Positions 1 to 12,277 of a stretch of DNA of 64,000 bases are shown here, one piece after another. The notes beneath the pieces are model-generated. The model was not told where the DNA came from, ran no database searches, and saw only the letters and a list, made by a program, of their open reading frames with translations. A program made the position numbers and the translations under genes. Source of the stretch: Ramazzottius varieornatus (Eukaryota > Animalia > Tardigrada). Numbering within the stretch: position 1 is the first letter of the stretch; each line of letters opens with the position of its first letter. The DNA lies in the NCBI GenBank assembly GCA_001949185.1, contig BDGG01000006.1, positions 102,979 through 166,978 of the forward strand. The letters are read 5' to 3'.

Positions 1-1018
1 ACACGGACTGGACGCCGCAATGAACAGCAGCGCCAAGTCGTCCTTCTTAGCCAGCTCTTCGGTACCGACATTGTTCCGCAGCAAGTTGCACAATATCTGC
101 AGACAGCCAAACAGTCTTCCCCCTCTTATATCATCGGGTGAACCTGGACAAGAACGGATAGCGTACCTCGCTGCTGACGGCTGCCAGGCTGTGGCGGCTA
201 GCTATCACTTCCGTTCCGGCACTGGCAGGTGGAAGGTCGAAAAACAGGTAGAAACTCTTGACAATGGTGGAAGGCAAGGCCGTGGCACACAGCAGATCGG
301 CCAGCCGACCGGGGCCACAAGGCGACAGGATCTGCAAACTGGCTAACAGCTGCCATCCATGCGATAATTCGTTAGGTCCCAGAAAGTCCACAATGGCCAA
401 GCTGGCCCCTTCTATTAACACAATCTATGTACAGTGCTGTATATCCAGATACATCAACCCACTTCCGGTTGCGCGCTCGCCCCTTTTATCCAAGGACAAA
501 ATGCGCCACCGTTCGCGAGAATGGTAAGTCATCGAACATAGCAAGAGCTATTTACCTGAGCTGCGATCGCCTGCTCGCTTCTTGATTTCATGAACCAGCA
601 GTTTCGCCAAAGCTGCCCCGAATAGTGGTGTGTCGGGAAACTGTTGCTGAATCTGTTCGACACTGGTATTCTTGAAGAGCTACAAATGAACAAAAGCGCG
701 AACATATGTAGGGAAGTCACTTCCGAGTTCCGACTGCCTCTTCGATATGGCGGATATCCCCCACTGCAAGCATACCTTGTTAAAAATGGGCACCAGAGAG
801 TAAAGACGGTCGTCCTGAGTGAAACTGATGGACGATCCAGAAGGCGTTTTGGAGACAGATTCGAAGACCCGCTTTAGGTGTTGCAGGTGCAGCGCATAAT
901 CTTGGCTGCTGCCCGACGCATTCTTCAACGACGATGCACTATTGTTTGCCGGGCTACTGGCTGAACCAACGCCGGAAATCGAGCCCTGCGACTGCACCAG
1001 TTTCTTCAGCGTATTCAT
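1..1018 (-). CDS. WDFY3: WD repeat and FYVE domain-containing protein 3 (ALFY / blue cheese), N-terminal exons only; gene continues beyond window start
   Basis: Spliced translation MNTLKK...SQDYALHLQHLKRVFE...DDRLYSLVPIFNKV...EGASLAIVDFL...HGWQLLASLQIL...LPSTIVKSFYLFFDLP follows the recalled WDFY3 N-terminus (PQDNALGLMHLRRLF...EKLYMMLPVFNRV...EAASRAIVQFL...RGWMLLTTINLL...VPSTLVKCLYLFFDLP). ATG at 1018-1016. Confidence 0.88.
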
Positions 1019-1418
1019 TTTCCCTAAAAGAAGGAGAAAGAGACGAGCGTTTGTATGACGGTCGAGCACAATCACCCTAAGGTTTCAACAGATTTACGGT
1101 ACCTCTTTCAGTAACTCCGTCAGCTGATCTCCTGCCATCGTTTCTCCGAACAGCATCCCCCAGCCGCTAACCTCGTTCAGGTCGTCCAACTATCTCTTTC
1201 CAGACCTCCCCTTTTCCTTAGAAGACTGAGTATAAGCTCAGGTTGAACCCTAACAAGGAAAGAAAACTAATAATTACTGATTAATCAGATTGCTAAAATT
1301 GGTTTTGGCAGATTGATCCAATCAAATTGCTCAACCAAGGATCAATACTAACACTTTATCAAGTGACTCCAGTGCGACCGAACGTACGTACGAGTACGAT
1401 GGTACGCTAAGAGCCTAA

Positions 1419-1780
1419 GGCCGTGTACATTTAGTGGTAGACTACTAGGTCGTTGTGAAGATTATGACGAACCTGCGTATGAAGCTGGGTTGAAAGCTAC
1501 TAGCCTCTTTTGGATAGTAGCTGTGGAAAGCGCTTTATAATGGGATTGGTTGGCTAGGCTGGTTGCTGGCCCTGATGAGTTCACAAAGTCGACGTAGTTG
1601 ACGACGAGGTCAGGTGAAACGTGGTTGAAATGACCCATCTCATAATTTTTCGACTTTGTGAACGATTTTTGGGTTGTTATGCGCTACCCACCTCTGGGTT
1701 GGAAATAATCGCTTTTATGAACGCAGGTTCATCATAATCTTCGCAAAGACCTAGTAGCCTACCACTAAATGAACACGGCC
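1419..1780. mobile_element. MITE, PIF/Harbinger (Tourist)-like, non-autonomous, 362 bp
   Basis: ~60-bp imperfect terminal inverted repeats (1419-1478 GGCCGTGTACATTTAGTGGTAGACTACTAGGTC... versus the reverse complement of 1721-1780). Flanks are TAA (1416-1418) and CAA (1781-1783). GGCC-initiated TIRs with TAA/TTA target duplication are typical of PIF/Harbinger. No ORF inside. Confidence 0.8.
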
Positions 1781-1963
1781 CAAGACATCAGAATTTTATT
1801 TTGTTTTCGTTTTTCTATGAGTCTGGACGAGCGATCCTTTTCCTGATTTTCCTCAATAATCCAGTAACGCTGATTTACTCTTGAAAAACGAATATTACAT
1901 ACTGTACCAGCCCATGTTGCAGCGGAAGTCTGGATAGAAGGTCCCCAGGCACAAGATGTTGAG

Positions 1964-4900
1964 ATGGCATCACGCTACCGAGGTGGTCGAGCACGAAGAT
2001 CAGCTGGTAAGTACTAACACGACTATGTGTCTTGGGTACTCTGGATGGTTTTGGATCGCTGTTGCTGTTCGCCTATCCAAACCGCTTTGCGCGTCTTTCA
2101 GGCATTAGACCTGTTGCTGAAGAAGTTCCGATAACTCGCGACTTGGACTCAGGTGAGTAAACCTCCAAATGTTGCAGAGAAGCATCATGCCGCATCAGCG
2201 ACAAAGTCGAAGTCACCCCGATCAGTTGAGACGGTACCGCGGCCCGTTTTGCTCTCTATGTGCGCCGTCATTCGACGTTCGACATCTCAAGTGGCGCATG
2301 CACAGATAACAAATTTGAAACAATTCTTGCGTATTTTCTGGTGCGTGTACTACTTTTTGGTTTGCAGATGCTGCCGATCTCTACCGGCTGGCACTTCAGA
2401 ATTCAATCGACCTCAAAGCTACCGTGACCAGGAGGCTCTACCATCTGAACTCTCTGGCAAGAGCTTCCAGAATAAGAGAAAGAGCTGCGTTAGATGAAGA
2501 GTTCCTTCCTACGATTCTTAGATTGTATGTCCTGATAATCTACCGTTTCTTTTTCAGTCCCTCACCCTATCGATTTCTGTTGTGTTGTAGCGCTGGGTTC
2601 CTGCTGTGCGATCAATGCAAGGAGATTCGGGCGGCGACACTGCGGGTCATTCGCGTCTCCGTCAGCAGATCCGAGCATTGTCGTCAGCTGGACATGGCTC
2701 ATGTCGATTTCTACATTGCCCGGTACTATTTTCCTGTTTTGCGGGGGAAAAATGCGTTAGCTACAGAAGATTGTATTTCCGTTGTAATTTTTAGGGTGCT
2801 GGACCTGGCATTGGATAACGAAGTGGAACGCATGCAAGCGATTCTCTTGGTCCGCCGAAGACTTTTGCTAGGAAGTCCTCTGTCTTCTCCCATCATCCAC
2901 GCGCTATCCGCGATAGCCTCCGATGGCGAGACCGAACGGGAGCGATTATCCAGAATTTGCCTGGAAATACTGTGTGAAAGCCGTAAGATACGAAACCGTT
3001 GTTGTGCCTTCACTGCTGTGACTGCACCTTCATCTCACTGACCTGTTAAACTGTTATTTAGTGATCCTCTTCCCCAGTCATCCCAGCGTCATTCCTATCC
3101 TTCGAGTATTACTGGATTTCCTCTTGACCTGTAGCTCGCCGCCCCTGTCGACGGCAGTTGTTGCAGCTGTTATGCATTTTGCGGCACAAGCGAGTAACCA
3201 CTTCCCTGCCAGTGTCTGTGATATGACGGTAAGAACTTTGGTTATTCCGTTAGTGGTATGAAGATGCTGACGGCATTCTTGCAGCAAATACTGCACCCGG
3301 TGACGAATTTCGAAGGGACAGCCGACGCTCCTGGCAAGCAGAAGGAGTTGACGCTGGTAGATAAGACCGTCATGATTCGAGCTGCCAAATGTGCCATTAT
3401 AGCAGCTCTTCGCACCTTCGAAGGTATCCACTTGTTGAGTGTGGCATTCGATGGTGTTCATTCCTTGATCAACGTTCTCCACTTCAACAACCACATGGCT
3501 CAGGTGAGACAGCTTTCATCGGTTAAGCCATATCACGCGATCCATTGTGCTGTTAGTATCTCTGCAGGAAGCAGTGCTGGACATTATTTCCGAGCTCTTG
3601 TACATTGCCGGTGAAGTCGAGCCTGGTCGCTTAGTCTGCGGTATGCATGTCGGTATTTTGTCTTTAGTCAAAGTGCGTAGCCTACTCGATTTCCTTGTAG
3701 ATTCGTGGGCACTGCAAGAGAACTTTGTAGCGGACGAAGCGCGAGCGGTGCTGCCTCACGTTGGCGCTACTCGCCTCAACCTTTCCGCCAACTACCTTTC
3801 CCTCCTCATCTTCGTCATGTTCCAGAATGGTCTTCTCGATGCCCTGGTACAAATGGTCACTTCCGACGGTGCTTTCAGCCAGCGAGCTTTCAAAATTCTC
3901 AAGAACTACCTCTCTTTGGGTAACCAGCTCAATTTATTACTGCGACGTGATGGCATCGTCACTTTCATTTACTCTTCAGTGACTTTAGTCTTTTCTTGCC
4001 GGCCAAACAGAAATAATTCATTTATGAAGATTATTCGGATATGTACGCTCAAATCTAAGGTGATTATCATGTCGACCATTATATCGTTGTAGCCAATGTG
4101 TTACTTCCGGCTGAGTTTACGACGCAGCTGAGCAGCCTTCCGTCGCTGGTTTCTTTGGCCAGCAGCTCGTCCATGCAGCTATCAGGGAAGGACGCTGTTA
4201 CGCGCCTTCTGCTGGCCAACACTGATCCCGCCAGACGTTACTTTCCCCACAGCACCATCGAAGCGCCTGCCTCGCTCTTCCTTCAACATATCCTTGAAAT
4301 ATCCCAACCCGTACCTTCTCGTCCTCCTCTTCCTCCGGATAGTGGTCCGCTTGTTGCCGACGTCCATGTTCCCATGCTCCGTGAAGTTTTGTCGGTGATG
4401 ACCAACAACGAGTCAGTCACCTGGAACTGGCCGCTAATCAGTACCCTCCTCAAGGCCAAGAGTATACAAGTCAGCGACCCAACCGGCTTTCGCATTCTCC
4501 ATCGCCTCTTGGTCTTCTTCAAAGCCTCGAACAAACTCTACTCATTCGTCCAGCGGAAGCACGACATGGTAGATAAGGTTTCCTGCGATCATTCTGGGAT
4601 ATGGCTAACGTTTGTCACTTGAAATCGTAGGCTAGAACGTTCGCAGCATGCGCGCTGTGCTTTGTGGATGTGTGTTTGAAAGAAAGTCCAGAGTTGCTGG
4701 AAGAGCTCTTGACGGACTTTCAGCGATGTCTACGCAAAGCCGTCTCGGATGAAGTACAAAGCGAAGTCATCTTGAGTCCTCTGACGTTGTCGGCGTCCTG
4801 TTCCTCCGACTACTTTGTACTGGTGGGCAGAGTATCAAGCCAGGTAGGAGGGGAGATGATGCTGGAAAAGACGGGCTTGGTGGCTCTGTATAACGACATG

Positions 4901-7680
4901 GTTAAGAGGGAGGACGTCCACGAGTCTTACATCAAGCTGATTATCTCTACGTTGGACTATGGACGAATAGACAATACAGCCATGAGAGCACTTCTTGGCC
5001 AAGTGACCAAGTCATACTCGCCGGTAAGGTTTTCTTCGTGGCTGATTCGCCTGATTTACAGTATGTTATATAATAATATCCGGCGGTAATTACGTTAATG
5101 GTAGGCTTTACGCTGTTATACGGCCATGCATTTGCGGACGCTGCTGCGAGCTCGCATGACGGGTTTCTCACAGTGGGGAATGGAATTGCTGCTGTCGTTG
5201 TGGCAAGACACCAACCTGATCGTGGCGCGCACCGCAGCCGAGGTCCTGGACGAGGCTTGTGACGAGAAGGACAACCTGGACGTCCTGATCAGCCAACAAC
5301 CAGCCTTTGACGAGACCCTTCCTCTCGGTGGCTTCCTAAAAGCCAGAGTTTTAGGTTCTTACGTCGGCTTTCAGGTTCGACAGGAAGTGGCAAGGTCCGA
5401 GTTGGACAAGTGGCGCACTTCTCTCAACACGGCCTACGTCCACTTTGTCGAACGCATGCTCAGCTGTAAGTTGCTGAGCCCTGATGCTACAGATGGCGCC
5501 TCTTATCGCAGCTACTCTTTTGGCAGGTGAGGCCGCAGTCAACTTTAGTCTTTCTAAGAAAGAGATTTCTTTTTCCGCAGCGAAAAGTTGATGCCGGAGT
5601 TATTCCTACCCGAGCATCTGTATGGGCAGCTGGTGCAGCATCCCGATGGATGTGATATGGTACGTGAAGAAATGGGCTGGCTGTCGCAGACGATCAAGTC
5701 GGCCTCCACATTATCCGCTGAAGAGATCAAGGTGGCGTTATGGGCCGTGGGACACATTGGTCGGACGACCGATGGCATGGCCTTGCTCAACGAATTTGAG
5801 GTCTTGGACGGTGTGGTCAGTATGGTGGCCGGCCATGACAACTTATCGGTGCGCGGTACAGCCTACTTCGTGCTGGGCCTGTGGTCCGTTACCGAACGGG
5901 GCGCCGACTTGTTGAAGAGTCGTGACTGGCTGGCTGTCCGCCATAACCGTCACGAGGTATGGCCACTGGTCGACCAACGGGTGTCCTACACTTGGGGCGA
6001 CACGTCAACCGAAACTTCGAAAAATGGTACGACAATTAATGCAAGAGACAGCAGAAATGCCTCTATATCTCACTCAGCTTATTTACACTATGTACCGTTG
6101 TACCAGCAGGTCGACCGAGCCCTCCTAGTAATGCCACGACTACAGGTAGCGAGCGTTACAAACAGGCACCAGCACGACTGCTGTCTTACGTCTCCGATCC
6201 CGATCTCTTGCCGGAACATCGGCCAGGCTGGGCCCTGACCGACGACCCGCCATCGGCCAAACCCTCCTTCTCACCTCCAGCCTTCTACGTTTCCACGACG
6301 TTGACCGGCGAAGGCTTACAGAAAAATAGCGGAGAATCTGGCTTCGAGTCCTCCGATGGCCTGACGCGGGAAGGGCGCAGCGAAAGTGCCAAGACCAACA
6401 CCTCGGACTCGTCGCTCTCGCCGCCAGCTATGGATAAAAGTCAGCGACCCACCTGGAAACGAGCCATCTCCACAACGTCTAATAGCCAACAGAGTAAGGA
6501 ATTCGACGACTGTCCAGTTATTACTGAGTTTCACGTTCTTTGTCTTTTTTGCAGGAGAAAAGAAGGTTGGACTGGCCAGCGTCATCAAGAGGTCACAGAG
6601 TACTTTCTACCGTTCGATGGAGGATGGGCTACGCAGTGGAAAACCAGCCAAGCCAGGTGCGATGACAAGGAGCGAAAGTCGACCCAGCTTCCGAGATATG
6701 GCCAGGGAAGGCTTCAAGTCAGCGGGCAACATTCTTGAAAAGATGAGGAAAAAGTCCAGCAATGCCAGCTCGCCCTATCTACTCTCCACCCTCGACGTCA
6801 CCTGCGTCGGCCAGGTAAGCTCCTCTGGGCATACTCTCTCTTAATCAATACAGTCTTTCTGTGTCGACTGCAGCTATCATCGTCCACTGAGACGAAACCA
6901 TCGACAGGCACGCCATCTGCCAAGGAAGAGCGCTTCATGGCTATCTGTCTACCGTTGAAGCGTAGCATTTGGCAGAACCGACGGCACACCTCCACCTATC
7001 GCGCGTCAATGCCCATCAATGAAGAGTGTCTGCACGGGTCGCAGCGAAGGTCCAGCGTTGACCAACCTGCTGAATACCCTTCAGGCCTGGAGATCCACAC
7101 TGCCGCCAAATGCCTTGCCTGCTCCATTGCCGGCTGCGACTTGTCCACCGCCTCATCGCCCGATGCTCCCATCGTTTCCAAGCGAAGGGAAGTTCTCAAG
7201 TTCGTCAACGCGTTGGCTACACCGTTGGGGCACAAAGCAGCTGAACAGGGACTGCTGCAGTAAGCTTGACACTTTGCCTGATGTTGCGCTGAAACACGAC
7301 TTAGTATCGTTCCTGTGAGCTGTCTTTTGACGCAGATTGAAAAATCTCTTGCCGGATTCATACATGGATGTCTGTCTGTACAGCGAAGTCTGCCACTTGT
7401 TGGCTTCGTACCAGTACAAACTGCCGATCCGACGGCTTATCCAGGAGCTCTTTGTCGACGTACCTCTGCAGAAGGTAAATGGTATTTTTCCATCTGTACT
7501 GACTATCTGGCCTTCGAAATCACTTGTTCCATTGTCTGTCGTTCTTTACAGTGCCTTCAAAAGTATTACGAGCTGGACACCGCAGTCTCCGTTCCTGCGG
7601 AAGCAGTGGAAGAGATTAATGTTCAAAACCTTCAAGCGGAGCGTATGGCGACTGCAGCGACCACTTCTGTTTCAGCGTGA
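1964..7680 (+). CDS. RICTOR: Rapamycin-insensitive companion of mTOR (mTORC2 subunit), multi-exon
   Basis: Exon chain with GT-AG introns from ATG 1964 (MASRYRGGRARR). Motifs include RRLYHLNSLAR, NEVERMQAILLVRR, PEHLYGQLVQH, IKVALWAVGHIG, LSVRGTAYFVLGL, Zn-site HTAAKCLAC and C-terminal DVCLYSEVCHLL...IRRLIQELF, all resembling Rictor. Confidence 0.93.
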
Positions 7681-8652
7681 TTTCACTGAACGTTTTCAAG
7701 CAGGTAATTTCCGGTTGTAGTCATCCACCAAATGTTTTTCCCACTAAATTTCAAGAATATGAAATGTAGTTTGGGCGGAATTTATCGGTCATTGTCAGCC
7801 TGGTGAACAAAGCATCCTAGATTCAAAATGTATCTGGTGGTACTTAAGATCTCTTTCTTAAAAAAGCGCGCAAATATCCGATTTTTACCGAGAGGCTTGT
7901 GATTTATGAGGTGTGGCGCAGGTTGAAGAAAATGCACAGGGGGAGGTACGAGGTACGCGATAACGGAAGTATGAATACGTCCATCGCGTGATATTGCAGC
8001 GAACTACTGCAAAAATTGCTTGGTACCAGGTCGTCGGCGGAAGTTAGCAGGATGTCTCAACGCTTTAACCGCTATGCTGACTGCAAACATTTCTCCAAGT
8101 TCTTTCTTTGAACTTGATAACTGTAGACCATTTAATGCCGAGTGGTGAGGTGAAATTTTGCTATAACATCTAATTAGGCGAAGCTGTAGAATCAGCCATT
8201 GCTCAGCTGAAACATCATTTTGACGCGCCGATCGAAGGCGCTCGGGTGCGTGTCGGGTTGGTTCTGGTAGATAGCACTGTGAAGATGAAATGACAACATG
8301 ACCCAGCTGTGTCGTAATCCGCCTATGGTATGATGAACAGCATTTGGCTATCATGCTTATTCGCACTGTCGAGCTGATCTTTTCAAGTTGATCGATCAAC
8401 TTTCTGGAAATTATGTGTTTTCGAGCTGACTTCCTCAGTTTAATAATTGAAACATACAGTTTCTGATTCTTGGCTTAGCATATGCACGCTATTCGACGTT
8501 AACGAGAACATTAAACTCACAAGCACCGAGAAGACAATACCGCACCGTTACGTGGCACTAATCAACAACGAAAATGCATAAAAAACACATTTGTCTTAAA
8601 AAGTGGTAGAACCAATATACCAACGTTAGATGTCAAGGTCGGCAATTATTCA

Positions 8653-11600
8653 TCACCAGTTTTGCGTGGTTCGCTTTTCTACCGTCATAACCAGCTTGTT
8701 GCCCTGGTTCAAAAGGGCTTGTTGAGCTTGCTGGTGGGTCCAGCCGGCCACATTCTGTCGGGGACTCTCTCCGATAAAGCACAGGGTATCGCCTTCATCC
8801 AAGCCAACCTGAATTTCATTTGATAGTGTGTCATTTGGTACGTCGATTCTTTCAAACATAAAGGTGTGTGCAAACCTGTTGGGCCATGGATCCAGGGATA
8901 ATTTTGGAGATGAGCAAAGGCTGGCCAAAGTCGCGACCACCGTAAATTTGGAAGCCCCAGGCCGTGTTCTGGTTGGGTCGCTCCATGCGAACTGTCCGCT
9001 TGATGACGGAGGGTTGTGCAGGAGCGGGGGTGGGGGCACTCTTTTTAAAGGCGTCCGACTCGATAATATGCTCTCCTCCTCGTTGGACCGTCATTACCAA
9101 GTTGTTACCCTGATTTTGAATCATCTGGATGGCTTGGTGATAGGGATAGTTGTAAATGACTTGCGCCGGGTCGCCAACGCTGTATATCATATCGTTGGGC
9201 TGAGAAAGAGCAAAATTTTGATTCAACTTCCGGCGTTGCAGGATTTCGTGCCGAGGACTTCTGATCCCTCCACATCGTGACTGTATAATTCGTGCATTAA
9301 TTATTCTAGCTCTTTTGTGTCCGACACCCTGGGTGAGGCGAGAATTTTGGTTAGCAGCAGTTTGTGTACTTCATTCTGCTCATGAATAGCTTCGTACGAG
9401 CCACAAAAACCGGCCTCCTGGCGATTGTCGGATCCTCGCTTTCTTGACGTCCTGGAGGCAGCCAGGACGTTTTATCGGTTTACTTGCACTCTCGGTCCTG
9501 TTGCTTTGTTTCGGTTGGTTACTGTATTTACAGTGAACTTCTCTTGTAAAAGAGCCATGTTTTGTCGATTAAGAAGGGATAATTGTTGCCAAATTTTTTG
9601 TGGAGACGGCAACTGCTACCGATTTTAGGCAACATCGTGTCGCAGGACTCTCGCTGAGCTACGCTGCCGATGCTTCGTTCTAAGCACTTGGCAGTGCGAG
9701 ATGACTGCATGTTCGCTTCTCGCTGCCCCCGCTCAACAAACGTGTTGTCATATCTCGATCGTTCTTGAAGACTGTACTAAAGTTTTCAGACTCAAGAGTT
9801 CTTTGCGCCTGCCGCGAGGATTCGTCCTAAGTAGCTGCCTTAGGACCTTGGATCGTCTAACGAGACCCACTTGCGTGCAATATGCAAGTCTTCCTCATAA
9901 CCGCGGCTATGTATGCTTTTGCGAGCCAGGAAGAACCATCCGAAATCCGCCTTGACGACGCGATCAATTAACCATCATGGACCCGACGAGTTACACGCAT
10001 GCATGCGTAACTTTCTAACTTTCCAAATCCTCACGTCGGGAAATTAGGGCTTCATGCAGCTGTGCTGTGGAGCTACGGCCACCCCAAGGTTCGTTGCCGG
10101 TCTTAGTGAATGCAGTTTGCATTTCTTGCAGTTATTAAACCCAAATTTCTTTTTGCGAATCCGGAAGTTTTCGAGGGGACTGCCATGCATACGATAGTGG
10201 CAAATAGAGGTTAGATCGGGGACGTGCAACGAATGTCTCACCTGTAAACCAACGTCTTCGGCCATGCTTTCCGGTCTGACACTGGTAATCCTTAGCGGTC
10301 CTCCGTCTCCGCCGGCAGTGCGGAAGCCCCAGTCAATGGCCATGTCTTGTCCGGCTCGCATCTTGACGGTCAAGCGCATGATCTCCTGCTGCTTGGGTGC
10401 TGGTCGTCCGGCCATCATGTTGCCGCTGTTGTAGCTGTTGGGTTGGCTGTAAGGATCCGGCTGATTGGCTGTGTAATAATTGTTGTTGTTGGAAGAAGGC
10501 TGAGCGGATCCGGAGGAGAAAGGCGAAGAGGCGCGTTGCTGCTGCTGTGGAGCTGACAGACTCATTGAGGGACTTCGAGCTCGGTTGTTGGAGGCTGGGG
10601 TCGCCAGCGAATTGCTGGCTGGTGGTGGAGACCGTATGGGATATTCACCGCCTCTGCAAAAGACACTCGCGTTCATGCAACTTTGACTAGACAACAAGCC
10701 ACCAAATGTTTTCCCAAGTTGGGCGTTCTACCGCAGCTAGACGGGAAGTACGGACAGCGCAGTATGTATGCTCATAATTAATTGCTAATTTTACGGAATG
10801 CTCCGCGAGCCGGTAGGAAGCACGAGCATCGGCATGGTACGTGTACGTTGTGACGTTTCGCTACATGCTTGGGTAGCCTGGTCCAAGCTGAAAGTGTGTG
10901 TACGTTCCATTTCTTCTGTGCAACTTATAACCGATACAGCGACATCCGTCGTCACTTTCTAGACGTATGTCCCATGGCGCTAGACTGAAAGACGGCTTAC
11001 TGGTTGATTATATCCGACGGATGGACGTTTATCACGGTGCGTGAGCAGTTTATTCTCCATGCTGTCCATGGTACTCTGACTGTCGCATCGACAGTTTCCG
11101 ACTTGAATAGCAAAACAAATGATTTCCATTCTTGTGATATTGCCGCCAAGAAAAGCTGAATGCGTGGATGAATGGCTCATCCATCGCAAACTGATACTGC
11201 TATCGCTCTTGGACACGCACTCAAATTTGTACAAGTCACACTTTGCGCTTAGGGAAGTATTCTGGATCACAAAACGGAGTGGTTGCGAGCGCTTATCCCA
11301 AATCTCGACAAATGTGGCCAACACTGGGAGACTTTCTTCTCCTCATATAATTTGGGTCGGAGTCTAGCCCAACGCTTTACCAGTTGCGCGACCTTTCGCC
11401 GGTCGGGGATTCGTCTTCTTCGATCATGCCAACACAAATTCCATCACCTACTTTAGCTCGAGGTCCTGGAGACTCCCTGAAGTGGCCACTCATACGGTTT
11501 CGACAACGTTCTTGCAGCATAACGACCGCATGACAGATGGCGCTGCGCGTTGTCTTATACAGCAATCCGAATTACGGTAATGGGGGTGAAGCCAATTTGC

Positions 11601-12277
11601 TGAGGGTCCTCCTGCACATCTTGCTACCTCATCAGATGTCTTGGAGTTATGTACCATGCATTTCTGACGAAATATTCTTGCGTACGCGGTGGCCTAACTG
11701 AGGATACGGGTATCGAAACGTTGCTTTCCCGAAGACACATTGGGGGAACGTGCAGGAGTTAATATACTAGAGTCAAGGCTGAAGGCTACACCACACACCG
11801 TGAGAAACTTACAAACAATCGATAACTTGGTGAAAACTGACCTTTGAACTGTCATGATTATCTCGTTGCCCTGGCGCATTAAAGCTGACTGTGCTTGCTC
11901 GTGGGTCCATATTGTGGCATCCGCCGGCGGATCTCCAATGTAAGTCACAAAATCTCCTGCAAAAACACAAGTATCCTATAGCTTGGCGGTCGTCGTCCCA
12001 GGTCATAGCTGCAGACGTTAATATCTTACCGATTAATAATCCCACTTGTTCAGCCAGACTTCCGCTGGTCTGCAATCGATAAGTACCGGTTTTGATGAAG
12101 GCTTGATGTTGAAGCAACTAGTGATCATGCGCATACTACGGCAGGACTTACAATTTTTGTAATCTTCAAATATTCACCATGGTCGACGCCGCCGGAAATG
12201 CGGAAGCCCCACTTGACCGAGTCGTTAGGACGGCGCATCTTTACCGTTAGCTGCATGATCCGCTGAGAACCCGCCAT
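8653..12277 (-). CDS. Triple-PDZ protein with Zasp/ALP/Enigma-type PDZ domains and no LIM domain
   Basis: Six exons (approx. 12277-12152, 12069-12030, 11956-11843, 10652-10242, 9199-8876, 8808-8653) splice in frame. They give three PDZ repeats: KWGFRISGG...WTHEQAQSAL, DWGFRTAGG...PYHQAIQMI and AWGFQIYGG...WTHQQAQQAL. A S/P/N/Q-rich linker follows PDZ1 and the stop follows PDZ3 directly. Confidence 0.8.

Noticed and set aside
1572-1667. Hammerhead-ribozyme-like CTGATGA followed by a perfect 14-bp stem inside the MITE
   Set aside because: The stem is followed by GATT rather than the invariant GAAA, and no stem I/III or cleavage triplet could be assembled. Treated as an internal inverted repeat.
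11377-11770. Possible alternative terminal exons of the PDZ gene (ILTPARSP...; GDGICVG...ERSRNW)
   Set aside because: Acceptors are weak and there is no domain similarity. Cannot be supported without transcripts.
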